From Candidatus Latescibacterota bacterium (GTDB lineage Bacteria; Latescibacterota; UBA2968; UBA8231): a stretch of DNA of 64,000 nucleotides. Below the pieces are notes generated by a model, which saw only the letters and a program-made list of their open reading frames with translations, was not told the DNA's origin and searched no databases. Of the stretch, positions 17,643 through 28,600 are shown in pieces; within the stretch, counting starts at the first letter, position 1, and the number at the start of each line of letters is the position of its first letter. Location of the stretch: assembly GCA_965223905.1 (NCBI GenBank), contig CBDCXV010000011.1:864001-928000 (forward strand). Direction: 5' to 3'. Both the position numbers and the translations under genes were made by a program.

Positions 17643-19904
17643 TTGAGACAACTACCCCTGTCCTTGGCTTCCCGCACCGTCACCGGGTTTCTCGTCGCTG
17701 CCCTTGTTGCCGGATCGCTTCTCCGCCTGAACGGCATCGACTGGGGCACGGATCCGGTTACCGGCGAGTTTCACGCCTTTCACCCGGATGAAAGCACCAT
17801 TGTCAGGAACAGCCGCTGGGTAGGAACCGATCTGCGGCAGATCCAGATGCCGTACGGGTTCTTCCCCGCCTACTTCCTGTGGGGGGTCTCCAGCCTTGCC
17901 GGCGTCTCGCTCTCACCTGATAGCAACAGCGGACTTCGGGAAGCCCACCTTCTGGCCCGGTCGATCACCGCGGCGATGTCCGTCGCCAGTATCTGGGTGG
18001 TCTTTCTGATTGCGCGCACCCTCGGGGGAGGACTGACGGCCGCGCTCTCCGCAGTACTGTTGGCTTTCTGTTACGGGCACGTTCAGCAGGCTCACTACTA
18101 CACGGTCGATCCGCTGCTTACCGCGACCGCGGTTCTGTGCCTGTACCTGATTCTGCGCATGCCCAAGGCCGGCGCTGCGACGTACGTTGCCGCCGGCGCC
18201 CTCGTGGGAATTGCCGTCGGGACTCGCCTGGTCGGCGTGCTCCTCGTTGTCCCCTTCGTCGTCCAGCACCTGCCCCCCGACTGGTACCGGCGACCCGCCC
18301 GCGTCTTCCACGCCCTTGTATCGGTCCGCACCGGCCTGTTCCTCGCCGGCCTTTTTGCCATGGCCATTGCCTGCGAGCCGTTTTCCGTTCTGGAACCGAG
18401 CCGGTTTTTCGGCGACGACGACCTGCTCACCTGGAGGCGGAGCCTGGACGTTTCCCTCGGAGAGGTGGTTTTCGCGTGGTCGCTCTACGACATCGGAACG
18501 AAGCCGTTCCTTTTCCACCTCACCGATCTTCTCCCCTACTCGCTTGGCCTGCCGCTGTTCGCGGCCGCGGTCGCCGGATGCCTCCTGGCGGTAATCCTCC
18601 GAAACAGGACGGCACTGGTGCTGCTGTCCTGGGTAATCGTCTACTTCGCCGCGGTGGGAGGCCACCACCTGAAACCGGTCCGATACGTACTGCCGCTGCT
18701 GCCCCCCCTCGTCGTCCTTGCGGCCTGGGCGTGCGCCCTCTGTGTGCGCCGGGTGCCGTTCCGCCCTGTCGCGTACGGGGTGCCTGCCATCGTGATCTCG
18801 GCGTCGGTGGCCATCGGGCTCACCACTTGGAACATCTACCACAGGACCGACGCGCGGATCGATGCGGCGAAATGGATTGAGGCTCGCGTTCCCGGAGGAG
18901 AGAGGGTGCTGACCGAGGTCGGCGGATTCCCCACCCAATGGATGGTCTCACCCCCGCGCAGAAAACGGACGGTCAAGGCGAGCTATTTCATTCATACCAA
19001 GAACTGCGGCACCGAGCTCGCCCAGATTCAACACGTCAGGAGACTGCTGGAGGACGTTGGCTGGATCGCCCTGGTCGAGGAGAACCGGGAGCGGCAGTTC
19101 CTCGCCGCCGCGGGATCCTATCCGGTCGGGTATGGCTTGTACGCCCGCCTGAAATCCGGAGGTCTCGGGTTTTCCCCCGCGGCCAGGTTCAAGACGAATC
19201 CCGGGGTCGGTCCGGTCGAGTTCGGCAGACCGTACGACGAACCTACGATGACGGCATTCGACCACCCCACCGTGGTAATCCATCGCCGCGACGACGAAGC
19301 AGCCGTCGAGGAAGCCCTTGCGGAATGGGAAGGGCGCTGGAATAGCGAAGACGAAAGGCTTCTCATCGCAGGGGCAGAGGCGATCCGATCGGGACGCACC
19401 GAGGAAGCGCAGAACCATCTCCGTCTCTTCACCCGGCGCCGTCCCGATGTTCTGGTCGGGCAGTTCCTGTTGGGAAAGGCACACGGGAGCGGCAGCTCGT
19501 TGCAGATTAGAGGAGTTCCCTATCCCTCCTGCATGGAAGCGGTGCTGAATCAGCTGCTCGGATTGCGGATGCCGGAACTGGCTCTGGAGACGGCCGAGTT
19601 GTTCATCAGCCATGCTGCTTCCAGAATGCGAACTGCCCCCCTGGTCGACCTGTATCACTCGGCCGGGCTGCTCGCCAGGGACCTCGGAGAGCCGGAACGC
19701 GCCGCCGATCACTTCGAGAAGGCCTTTTCCCTGAATGGCCGGCACTGGGAATCGAGACTGGAGTACGCCCGCCTCTGCGTGAGGTTGGGCCGGCTGCGCG
19801 TGGCCGAGGCTGCCTTCGAGAAGGTTCTCCGCGCCAACCCCGGCAACACCGCGGCCATCAAGGGGCTCGCACAGTTGCGGACGGGAGCTGTCGAGCTCCC
19901 TTGA
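17643..19904 (+). CDS. GT-C fold membrane glycosyltransferase with C-terminal TPRs (paralogue of 2264..4702)
   Basis: FHPDE, AHYYTVD, RYVLPLLP, FDHP; TPR tail AEAAFEKVLRANPGN. Confidence 0.8.
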   Translation: MRQLPLSLASRTVTGFLVAALVAGSLLRLNGIDWGTDPVTGEFHAFHPDESTIVRNSRWVGTDLRQIQMPYGFFPAYFLWGVSSLAGVSLSPDSNSGLREAHLLARSITAAMSVASIWVVFLIARTLGGGLTAALSAVLLAFCYGHVQQAHYYTVDPLLTATAVLCLYLILRMPKAGAATYVAAGALVGIAVGTRLVGVLLVVPFVVQHLPPDWYRRPARVFHALVSVRTGLFLAGLFAMAIACEPFSVLEPSRFFGDDDLLTWRRSLDVSLGEVVFAWSLYDIGTKPFLFHLTDLLPYSLGLPLFAAAVAGCLLAVILRNRTALVLLSWVIVYFAAVGGHHLKPVRYVLPLLPPLVVLAAWACALCVRRVPFRPVAYGVPAIVISASVAIGLTTWNIYHRTDARIDAAKWIEARVPGGERVLTEVGGFPTQWMVSPPRRKRTVKASYFIHTKNCGTELAQIQHVRRLLEDVGWIALVEENRERQFLAAAGSYPVGYGLYARLKSGGLGFSPAARFKTNPGVGPVEFGRPYDEPTMTAFDHPTVVIHRRDDEAAVEEALAEWEGRWNSEDERLLIAGAEAIRSGRTEEAQNHLRLFTRRRPDVLVGQFLLGKAHGSGSSLQIRGVPYPSCMEAVLNQLLGLRMPELALETAELFISHAASRMRTAPLVDLYHSAGLLARDLGEPERAADHFEKAFSLNGRHWESRLEYARLCVRLGRLRVAEAAFEKVLRANPGNTAAIKGLAQLRTGAVELP

Positions 19905-20784
19905 CGATTCCCCACGTCCGGCGCTCGATCGCCGTGACGGCACCGGTCCCGCCCTCGAGGGCAGGATCGGGAACCCGGCTCGAGGCCAGAAAATGCAACT
20001 CGATATCTCTTTCCCCGCCCGCGATCGGGCCGAGGTAGGATGATTCGTTGAAGATGTGGTAGGTGAACGTCTCTACTCGAAGCGGGGGGCGCTCGCCCGG
20101 GCTTTCAGGCTGATACGGACAGATCCCCCTGTCGCTGCCAAATCCGAGCAGGCGCTGGCGCAGAAAATCCAGAAAACCGCGGTCGCTGAGGAATTGCATC
20201 GAATCCTTCAGCAAGGGAACTCTGGCATCCCAGGGCAACCTCCAGCTCCTCCTCGGTCATTTCCGCAACAGCAGGTGCGAACCTCGACAGGGTGTGGTAG
20301 ATGCCGTCGGTCACGAACACAATCGTCGCGGATGGCTCGAGATTCCCCGAGGTTCCGCGCAGGACATCTCGGAATGCCTCGCATAGGCAAAGGAGGAAGT
20401 TGCCTCCTGCCAGATAGACCGTCGACCCCTCCGGAAACTGGAGACGGTGCTCGCCGGATGGGCTGTTTACTATCAATCCCACGTCGTCGTCAGAGAGGAA
20501 GTAGTGGCGGGCGGACTCCCGCGCATTGAGGGGATCTTTGGCGAAGGGGCCGTCGTGGACCACCATGATCGCCTCTTCCGTGGCGACCGGTGGGCGAGAG
20601 CTTCAATTCCTGCCCGGGACTTCTCGCGCAGATCCCAGGTCGAGGTGGGGTGATTCAAAAGGAGGGCCCTGTCACCGGGCCATTCGTTGGGGTCCGACGC
20701 GCGAATATCCCAGCGCATCTGGGAAAATGCTGGTGACAGGGAAGCGGCCAGGACCGCAAGAGAAACGACACCGCTGCTCTTCAT
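19858..20784 (-). pseudogene. Frameshifted secreted protein with a C-terminal TAIERRTWGIVK motif
   Basis: Signal peptide MKSSGVVSLAVLAASLSPAFSQ. Three overlapping frames (20473..20784, 20105..20566, 19858..20238) can be joined by two frameshifts near 20590 and 20235. Confidence 0.55.
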
Positions 20785-21214
20785 GATCGGCCTCGCTGCC
20801 GGCAAGATAAGGAAAAAAACGACCTCCCCCACACGCCACTGACCTGCATCGGCAAACCTGATTTGCCCGGCGACAAAGCCATCGGTGCGGATCAATCCCC
20901 GCTGATCCCCGTGAGGATACCCATGCATCTTGACCTGCATTTTGTCCGCCGCTGGCAGAGCAGATTCGGTGGTCCATTCAGGTCTGCGGCCGGTCTCCCT
21001 CCAAAGCGACCCTCACCCCCGGAGCAACATGGTTTTTCGGGTCAACGCATTGCCGGACCGGCCCTGGCCAATGGCGGCGGAAGCGAACGGAGCCGCCTGG
21101 GGGGGAGCCGGTCGGCAGTAAGGCCGCGCCTGACTGGAGGCCATTGAGGACCCTCGTGCCCGACTTTGACGGTTCACCTCCAGCAGGAATACATTGACAG
21201 CAGCGGTGACGACC

Positions 21215-21526
21215 ATGCAGACCGGATACGACAGAGACCGTCGAGGGCTCGCGAATCTCGCGGTGTTCTGCTTTGCCGCCCTGCTGATCGGGCTTTTCCT
21301 CACTCTCCCGTCCAGCCATCAGCTGTTCCACGCAGGATCGACGGAGCCGGAAAACTGCCCGGTCCGCATGCTCGAGAGCAGCCTTGTGCTGCTCGTCGGC
21401 GTCATCCTTGCAACCGCCCTCCTGCTCGCCGGACCCCGCACCAGCCACGAGGTCATCTGGTCCGTCCCGCTGCCGCTTTTCTTCCGCGGCTATTCTTTCG
21501 GGAATCGCGCCCCACCCCGCACCTGA
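21215..21526 (+). CDS. DUF2946/CruR-like leader (arrest) peptide ending in RAPP
   Basis: TM helix, then HQLFH...NCPVR, a second hydrophobic stretch, and C-terminal GNRAPPRT*. Lies upstream of a TonB-dependent receptor operon. Confidence 0.75.
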   Translation: MQTGYDRDRRGLANLAVFCFAALLIGLFLTLPSSHQLFHAGSTEPENCPVRMLESSLVLLVGVILATALLLAGPRTSHEVIWSVPLPLFFRGYSFGNRAPPRT

Positions 21527-21749
21527 GCATCCGCACTCGCCTCACGTAGTCCTTCCCGCCATCCGGACGCCTCGGCCCAAGGGCTCGGCGCCCATCTGGA
21601 TCGGCGGTGTGCGGATGCGTTCTCCCTATCCCGGTCCGCCCAAGAACAAGCGGCAGGCCCACTGCCCCCTGCCTGTTCCGACCGGTATCACATTGATCAC
21701 AATCCCCGGGACCTCGGGTCACAGGGACATCAATCTGGAGAACCGTACC

Positions 21750-22265
21750 ATGCTCAAGATCATCTCGACAGCAGCACCAATTCTCCTGTCACTGCTCCTT
21801 GCCGGCTGTGGCGACGACGACAATCCCGTAGACCCCCATGAGGGGGAAGAGCACGCCGAGGCGTTCGGCTTGGTAATCCTCGGCAGCGGCGAGGAGCTCG
21901 TCCGCTTCGAGAACGGCGAGGTAGAGGGGGACATCGAAGTCGGGCACGGCCTGGAAACCTCCCTGCTGTCCGTGCGCTTCATCGACGAGGACGGCGACCA
22001 GTTCGTCCCGGACGCGGACGACGGCTATGCCCTGGATTGGGAAATCGCCGACGAGAGCATCGCCGAAGTCGAGCAGCACGAGGAAGACGGCCCCTGGGCC
22101 TTCCACATCGCCGGTCTGGAAGAAGGGCAGACCACCCTGGTGGTCAAGCTGAACCACAACGACCACGACGACTTCGTCTCGAAGGATATCGAAATCCACG
22201 TCGAAGAAGGGGGTCCGGGCTTCGAGGACTCCCACGCCGACGAGGATCACGACGAGGAAGGCTAG
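21750..22265 (+). CDS. Acidic His-rich lipoprotein, probably metal binding
   Basis: GGAG RBS; lipobox LLAG-C; HEGEEHAE, HNDHDD, HADEDHDEE. Confidence 0.8.
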   Translation: MLKIISTAAPILLSLLLAGCGDDDNPVDPHEGEEHAEAFGLVILGSGEELVRFENGEVEGDIEVGHGLETSLLSVRFIDEDGDQFVPDADDGYALDWEIADESIAEVEQHEEDGPWAFHIAGLEEGQTTLVVKLNHNDHDDFVSKDIEIHVEEGGPGFEDSHADEDHDEEG

Positions 22266-22271
22266 GAAGGG

Positions 22272-24476
22272 TTGATCCTCCGAGCGTTTGCTGTTGCGGC
22301 ATGCCTGCCGGCAGCGCCCTTGTACGCCGCTGCAACAGGGGCGCTCGCCGGGCACGTCGTAGACGCCGACAGCGGTGAACCTGTAGCCTGGGCCACCGTG
22401 GCTATCGAGGGGATCAACCATGGCCGCGTCAGCGACAGCAATGGATACTTTCTCTTCCCCGCCCTGACCCCGGGTGCATACATCCTGCAGACGCTGCACC
22501 TCGGGTACCGCGACGCCCGGTTCGAGGTGCGGGTCGAGCAGGGGGACACCACCCACGTCGATCTCAAGATCGGCCATGAAGCCCTGCACATGGATGAGAC
22601 CGTTGTCGAGGACGAGCACGAGCGGCCGGTTTCCCCGCTTCACAAACCGGAAGTCGTTTTCAGCGGCAGCAAGCTCCGTCAGAATCTCAGCCGCACCATC
22701 GCCGGGACCATCGACTACGAGCCCGGCGTGGCGCAACGCACCATGGGCCCGGCGCCCGCCCGTCCCGTAATGCGCGGACTGAGCGGCGACCGCCTGCTCG
22801 TGCTCGAGGACGGGGAGCGCACCGGCGATCTGTCGGCGTCGTCGTCGGACCACGCGGTGGCGATCGAACCAATGACCACCGAGCGCATCGAGGTGGTGCG
22901 GGGCCCGGGAACCCTGCTGTACGGTTCCAACGCGTTGGGAGGAGTCGTCAACGTCGTCCGCGGATACGTTCCTTCCGAACAGCCGCAGAAGCGAAGCGGT
23001 TCCTTCGCCTGGCAGGGGGAAAGCGTCACCGGCGGCCTTTCCGCCGGACTGGTATTCGAACAGCCGCTGGGACCGCTCGCCCTGCGTTTCGACAGCAGCC
23101 TGCGCCAAGCCGGGGATGTCTCGACCCCGCGAGGCACCCTTGCCAACACGGACATCCGCACCGGCAACGGATCGCTGGGAGTCAGCCTGGTGCGGCCGTG
23201 GGGCCACCTCGGCTTCTCCGGCAGCCTCTACGATTCCGAGTACGGCATCCCTCCCGACCCGATCGGCTCTCATCCGTCGGGGGTGTCGATCCTGCTCGAA
23301 CGCCAGCACCTGGAAACGCGCGCCGAGCTTCTTGCGGTTTCCGACCGGATCAGGCAGCTCGAGCTGCACCACACCTTCTCCCGCTACCAGCACGGCGAGT
23401 TCGAGGCCAGCGGATCGTTGGGAATGGAGTTCGGTGTCCTGACCCACCATCTCGCGAGCCTCGCCCGCCTGAACCCGGTGGGTCCTTTCGAGAACGGCGC
23501 CGCCGGGGTTTGGTATGAATACCGCAACTACGCCGCCGCCGGCCTCAACTTCACACCTCCGGCCACCGAGTACGCCGCCGCCTGCTTCACCTACCAGGAA
23601 TGGGAAAGCGGTTCCTGGGCCGCTAACGGGGCCGTGCGGTTAGACGTGCGCCGCGTTCAGCCGCGGGAGGAGCGGGATTCCCGGATGGTCGGCCGCATAC
23701 AGCGGCGGGACTTCGCGGGATTGTCGGGCGGCCTGTCCGCTCACTACCGCCCCATGGAAGCTTTGACCCTCGGCACTACCCTGATGCGCACCTTCCGGGC
23801 CCCGGGGATCGAAGAGCTGTTTTCCGAGGGGCCGCACCTGGCCGCCTACTCCTACGAAGTCGGCAACGGCTCCCTCGACAGCGAGCGCGGACGGGGGATC
23901 GAGCTTTTCGCCGACTACCACCACCCTCGGGGGCATCTCCACCTCGCCGTCTTCCGCAACGACATCGACGGCTTCATCTTCCCCAGAAACACCGGCGTGC
24001 TCAGTCAGCGGCGCGCCGACCTGTTCCTGTACCGGACGGTCGGGGAGCGCGCCCGCATGCTGGGCGCCGAGGTCGCCCTCGACTGGGACCTGTCGCGGAG
24101 CTGGAAAACCGCTGTCACCGCGAGCCAGGTGCGTGGTGTATTGAGTGACAGCGGAGACGAGCCGCTCCCCCGCCTTCCTCCGCTGCAGGGCCGCTTCAGC
24201 CTGACCGGCGAGAAGGAATCCCTGAGCGGCACGGTCGCGCTTCGCCTCGCCGCGGCCCAGAACCGTACCGGTGAATTCGAGGAACCGACCGACGGCTACG
24301 CCGTGCTCGATCTGTCCGGGCAATACCTCGTCCATTGGCGGGGGCGTCTGCACGCCTTTTCGGCGACCCTGGAAAACGCCACAAACGCGGTCTATCGCAG
24401 ACACCTCAACCGGGTCAAGGAGATCCTGCCCGAGCCTGGCCGCAACCTGCGGGTGCTGCACAAGCTGTATTTCTGA
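22272..24476 (+). CDS. TonB-dependent receptor, ZnuD-like, with an N-terminal carboxypeptidase-regulatory-like domain
   Basis: Plug motifs GPAPARPVMRGLSGDR, SSDHAV and ERIEVVRGPGTLLYGSNALGGVVN; C-terminal PGRNLRVLHKLYF. Confidence 0.9.
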   Translation: MILRAFAVAACLPAAPLYAAATGALAGHVVDADSGEPVAWATVAIEGINHGRVSDSNGYFLFPALTPGAYILQTLHLGYRDARFEVRVEQGDTTHVDLKIGHEALHMDETVVEDEHERPVSPLHKPEVVFSGSKLRQNLSRTIAGTIDYEPGVAQRTMGPAPARPVMRGLSGDRLLVLEDGERTGDLSASSSDHAVAIEPMTTERIEVVRGPGTLLYGSNALGGVVNVVRGYVPSEQPQKRSGSFAWQGESVTGGLSAGLVFEQPLGPLALRFDSSLRQAGDVSTPRGTLANTDIRTGNGSLGVSLVRPWGHLGFSGSLYDSEYGIPPDPIGSHPSGVSILLERQHLETRAELLAVSDRIRQLELHHTFSRYQHGEFEASGSLGMEFGVLTHHLASLARLNPVGPFENGAAGVWYEYRNYAAAGLNFTPPATEYAAACFTYQEWESGSWAANGAVRLDVRRVQPREERDSRMVGRIQRRDFAGLSGGLSAHYRPMEALTLGTTLMRTFRAPGIEELFSEGPHLAAYSYEVGNGSLDSERGRGIELFADYHHPRGHLHLAVFRNDIDGFIFPRNTGVLSQRRADLFLYRTVGERARMLGAEVALDWDLSRSWKTAVTASQVRGVLSDSGDEPLPRLPPLQGRFSLTGEKESLSGTVALRLAAAQNRTGEFEEPTDGYAVLDLSGQYLVHWRGRLHAFSATLENATNAVYRRHLNRVKEILPEPGRNLRVLHKLYF

Positions 24477-24506
24477 AACCGGCGGCCAAATCCGCCGCGG
24501 GCAGGA

Positions 24507-25445
24507 TCAACCCCTGACGATCGGATTGGACGAGAAGCAGAGCAAGGGACCTGAGGGTCGGAGACAACTCTTTCGCCTTTCCGCGGTGACCGTCGGCCGG
24601 AGGTCCGACCACCCCTTTATCCAGGAGCGGGAGAAGTAGCAGAGCACGGCCCGCCGGGCGCGGTCGGTCCTGTTCGGACCGGGCCTTTGCCAGGTGCTCG
24701 ACAACCAGATCGCCATCGAACCGGCGGGACCGGTAACGGCCTACCTCCCCGTCGAGCGGCTGGCGACCCATGGGGCCTTCTTGCGGCTCTTGTGGCTGCC
24801 CGGCACCACCCGTGTGGCCCCGTTCTCGGGGGTGAACCGTCGACCATCCAGACGATCTGCGTCGTCAGCGCGAATTCAGGCAACGGCTCGGGCAGCTGGC
24901 CCGGGGTTACGTCGACGTGCCAGGCGCCTCCATCGGTGTGGGGACCTATGCTGTTGCCACCGACGTCGGCGAGCACGCAATCCTCGTTCAGGACACCCCG
25001 GGCCAGCTTCAGCAGCACCGGGGCTTCGGCGAGGCGGGCGAAGATCGGGGCACGGGTCGCCAGCTCATGGAGGTACACCGTACGGCCGCCGTCCTCGATT
25101 GCAGGCCGGTGAAGGAAGTTCTTCAGCACCTTTGCGACCGGCAGGGGGAACGGCGTATCGTAGTTCTCGTGGCGGTATGCCGTACCAGACGCATGATGCG
25201 TCCGTACTCCTCCTCGGGACAGGTCGGGTAGGAGCTGCGGAAGAACGCCTCGATCTCCGCGTCGTCAGGGTGGGACGGAGCGGAATCGCCGGGATCCCAG
25301 GGGTCGTTCAGCGCCTGTTCGATCTCGCGGTCGGTCTCCGCTTGGAGCTCGGCCAGCTCCGCTTCCTCGAGCAGGCCTTCGACCACGGTGTATCCGGATT
25401 CCCGAGTTCATGCAAATGGCGGTCGATGTCGATTGAATCGATCAT
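24507..25445 (-). pseudogene. PhyH-family dioxygenase with multiple frameshifts
   Basis: Fragments in different frames: GYTVVEGLL, AWHVD, FTPENGATRVVPGSH, GPNRTDRARRAVL. Confidence 0.75.
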
Positions 25446-25604
25446 ACTTGCATCTTGGGAAGACCGCAGGTTTACAGAAGATCCGACCCATCGGTAGGCT
25501 GCCCTCCCGCTGGAACAAATTTATGGGAGGTATGTCTCCCTCTCGGCCTCCATGCGCACGAGGTTTCATCCACATCTTCGAATCGCACATCCACTGCCAT
25601 GGAA

Positions 25605-28600
25605 CTACTCCTTTGGCAAAGACTGGGAAGCTCGAAGCGCCGCCGTGTTCCGGCCAGCGGTCAGGTACTCCTCCCGCACCTCCGGAGGCAGGGTTCGCCA
25701 CACCAGAAAACGCTTGCGCAGCACGTCTAGAAAACCGGTGTTGAGCCGCCTCCACGAAGCCATGTCCCCGCTGATCCGCTGCAGGTGGATCTCGATCCGA
25801 TAGATCCCGGCAATATCCTCGGTGGGGACCATGCGCAGGGATACCTGCTGACTCACTCCCAGATCATAGGGCGCCAGCCAGACCATCAACTCGAGGCCGT
25901 AGTCCGGCTCTCCGGCAGCTCCGTCAAGGCGTAATTCCACGGTTTCGGTCATGAAATCGCCGACTGATCCTTCCCCATAGGACGAGAATACTCTGTGCAG
26001 ATAGCTGCATATCCCCACCGCGTCGCCGGCGCTGATCGCAAAAGGGAAATCGAAGTGCCAGTCATCCCCTTCGGGCTCTGGGAAGTGCCATCGCCGCGTC
26101 ACGTCGGGAACGGACATGGCGGCGGCTCTGCGCGCCGGGTACAGGGTTGAGATGACCACCACGCCCATGACTATACCCGTGGTGGAAATAGCCGAGAGAG
26201 ACGAATAGTTCAGAAACATGCCCCCCAGCAACCCGTAACGCGCCAGGGTCAGACTCACAGTCTGACCCACCAGGTAGCCGAAGACCGCTCCCACCGTGGC
26301 AAAGACCAGGGCTTCGGCGATAAACAGCGCGGCGATGTGATTGGGAGCCAGGCCCACGGAACTGTAGATCCCAATCTCCCGGTCGCGCTCGTACACCGCC
26401 CCCAGCATAGTATTGAGCACGATTAAGGCGGCGATGAGGAGTGGCACAAACAGGTTGCCCATCCCGGAAAGGGCAGCAGCGCCCATCGAGGTGTAGACCC
26501 GCACCCTTTCTCCCTCGCCCACAAAGAGCGGCACGGCCACGCGCGAGACAAACTCTTCGACCCGGTTGAGCATTGCGTTGGGTTCGGCAAAGCCCGCAAT
26601 GGCGATCGAGCGCAGGCTACCTCCCATGTCCACAACCTGCCGGTAGGGGAGCAGGACCACGTTGTTGGCCATCAAGTGCGCGAAGGATTCGATCGCGGCG
26701 CTATCCATCAGGCGGGGGTCCAGCTCGGCCATTTCCGCCATTTTCTGGGCTTCGGCCACCGTATCCACCGGCATTGGACTCTCGTTATCCAGATCGCGCA
26801 ATCTATCCGCTGCATCGCCGTCGAAAAGACCGATGACCCGATAGGCTCGCCCGAGGAGCCACACATCGGTCTGGCCCACCTCCGTGGGGTCTATGCCCAG
26901 GATCGAGGCCATGGCCTGCGGCAGGATGCACACAGTGTCCTCGCCGGGGAGAAACCAGCGACTCTGGACGCCTGTCAGCAGGCTGTCGATCCCCATCGTC
27001 CTATCTTCGGGCGTCAGTCCCAAGAACCCATTAGCAAAGCTGGCAAACGATCGGCCTGCTTCTTTTCGCTCCAGGTCGATGTAGGCCCGTTCTCCGATGA
27101 CCGGAGAGATATACCACGAGCGCGGCATTACCCGAGCGATCGCCCCGAAGGCGCTGCGGGCGTAGTCCAGAACGGATAGCTGCAGGCCTTTCCAGCCGGG
27201 ATCGCGCAGCAACACGCCCTGGTAGGAAGGGGTGTTCGGGCGCGGGATCTGGTAAAACTTCAGGTAGCTCTGCACCGAGGTGAAAGCCTGGGCGGTAAAG
27301 GTCAACAGGGTCAGTGTGACAACGGTGAGCAAGGTGCGCAGCTTGCGCTTGCGCAGATTGGAAATTCCCAGGGTTACGGCTGCAGCGGTGGCGCTCAGCC
27401 GTCCGATATCGGTTTCATGGACCCCTGCGGCCGCCCGCTTGCGGCTGCCCACGGCACGGATGAATCGCCCCAGAATCATGAACAGGGCGATGCTGCCGAT
27501 CGCGAAAATGACAAAGGCCAGGAAGATGATATAAGGAGAGGTGCTCAACTTGAAGGCCGGATGGATAAACCGCATGATCAGGAAAATGGCGGCAAAAAAT
27601 CCGGCCGCTCCCGCGACCTGTCGACGCACATCGGCAAATCCAAAAAAGAGGCGCTCGCAGAAGAACGAAAACGGCAACAGGAGCGCAAAGTAGAAGATCA
27701 CTCCGTAGACCGTGTCGTCGGCTGTGGCCTTTACGTTCGGGTATCCCCTCGCCTCCAGTCCCCAGGCTTTGCGAGTGGCTGCCTTGAACCCGCTGTACTC
27801 CTGTTTTTCGAGGTGGACGCGGGCTTGCTGCAGCGCCATCCGGGCCTCTTCGTGCAGGTGCGCGAACTTCTGGTTGTGGATCCCATAGCGGGCCAATTGT
27901 TTGATGCGGATATCGTCCAGAATCCACATGTCCCGGGCAGCCGCATAAGACGGCCACAAAACTCTGCCTTGGTCCACCGCGTATCCCCTGCCATGAGCTT
28001 GCCCGAGCACATCTTCGTCGATGTCCTGCGGCTGGACCGGATGCTCCAACCAGGCCTCGGGTGTATTGCTCAGCAGGTACCTCACCCCGAACAGGCTAGT
28101 ACTCATTAGGATCTTCGCCCGGGTGTGGGGCTTGGCATAGACCACCGCGGCTAGAGTGACCTTGCCTTCCTCATCGCGCTGGTTTTCGACGTAATCCGCC
28201 CCCCAGGACTGGGGTACGCCGTCCCGCTCATCCAGCACTTTCACATAGTCCAGAACCGAGAGATAGCGCGAGTCGACGATCTCGAAAAGGCTCAGAGCTC
28301 GACATTTGAACAAGACCTGCAGCATCTCGTTCTCCCACCAGCCCCAGGCATGCTGCATAGGATAGGTTTCGTCCCCTTCCGGCCCCATGTCCGGAGCCGA
28401 AACGATTTCACCCCAGGGATCGATTTCATAGGCCCTGATGGTGTTGCTCAACCTGTTTCGCATGATGTCGAAGTGAAAACGACCTTCGGTGTCCGCCTGC
28501 TGGACGATCAGGGTGCGCACCCCGCCGACACTGTTGGGGCCCAATTGCTGGTAGGTCACTAACGCCCGGGGTACCGGGGCCTTGGGGACAGCGAAATTCA

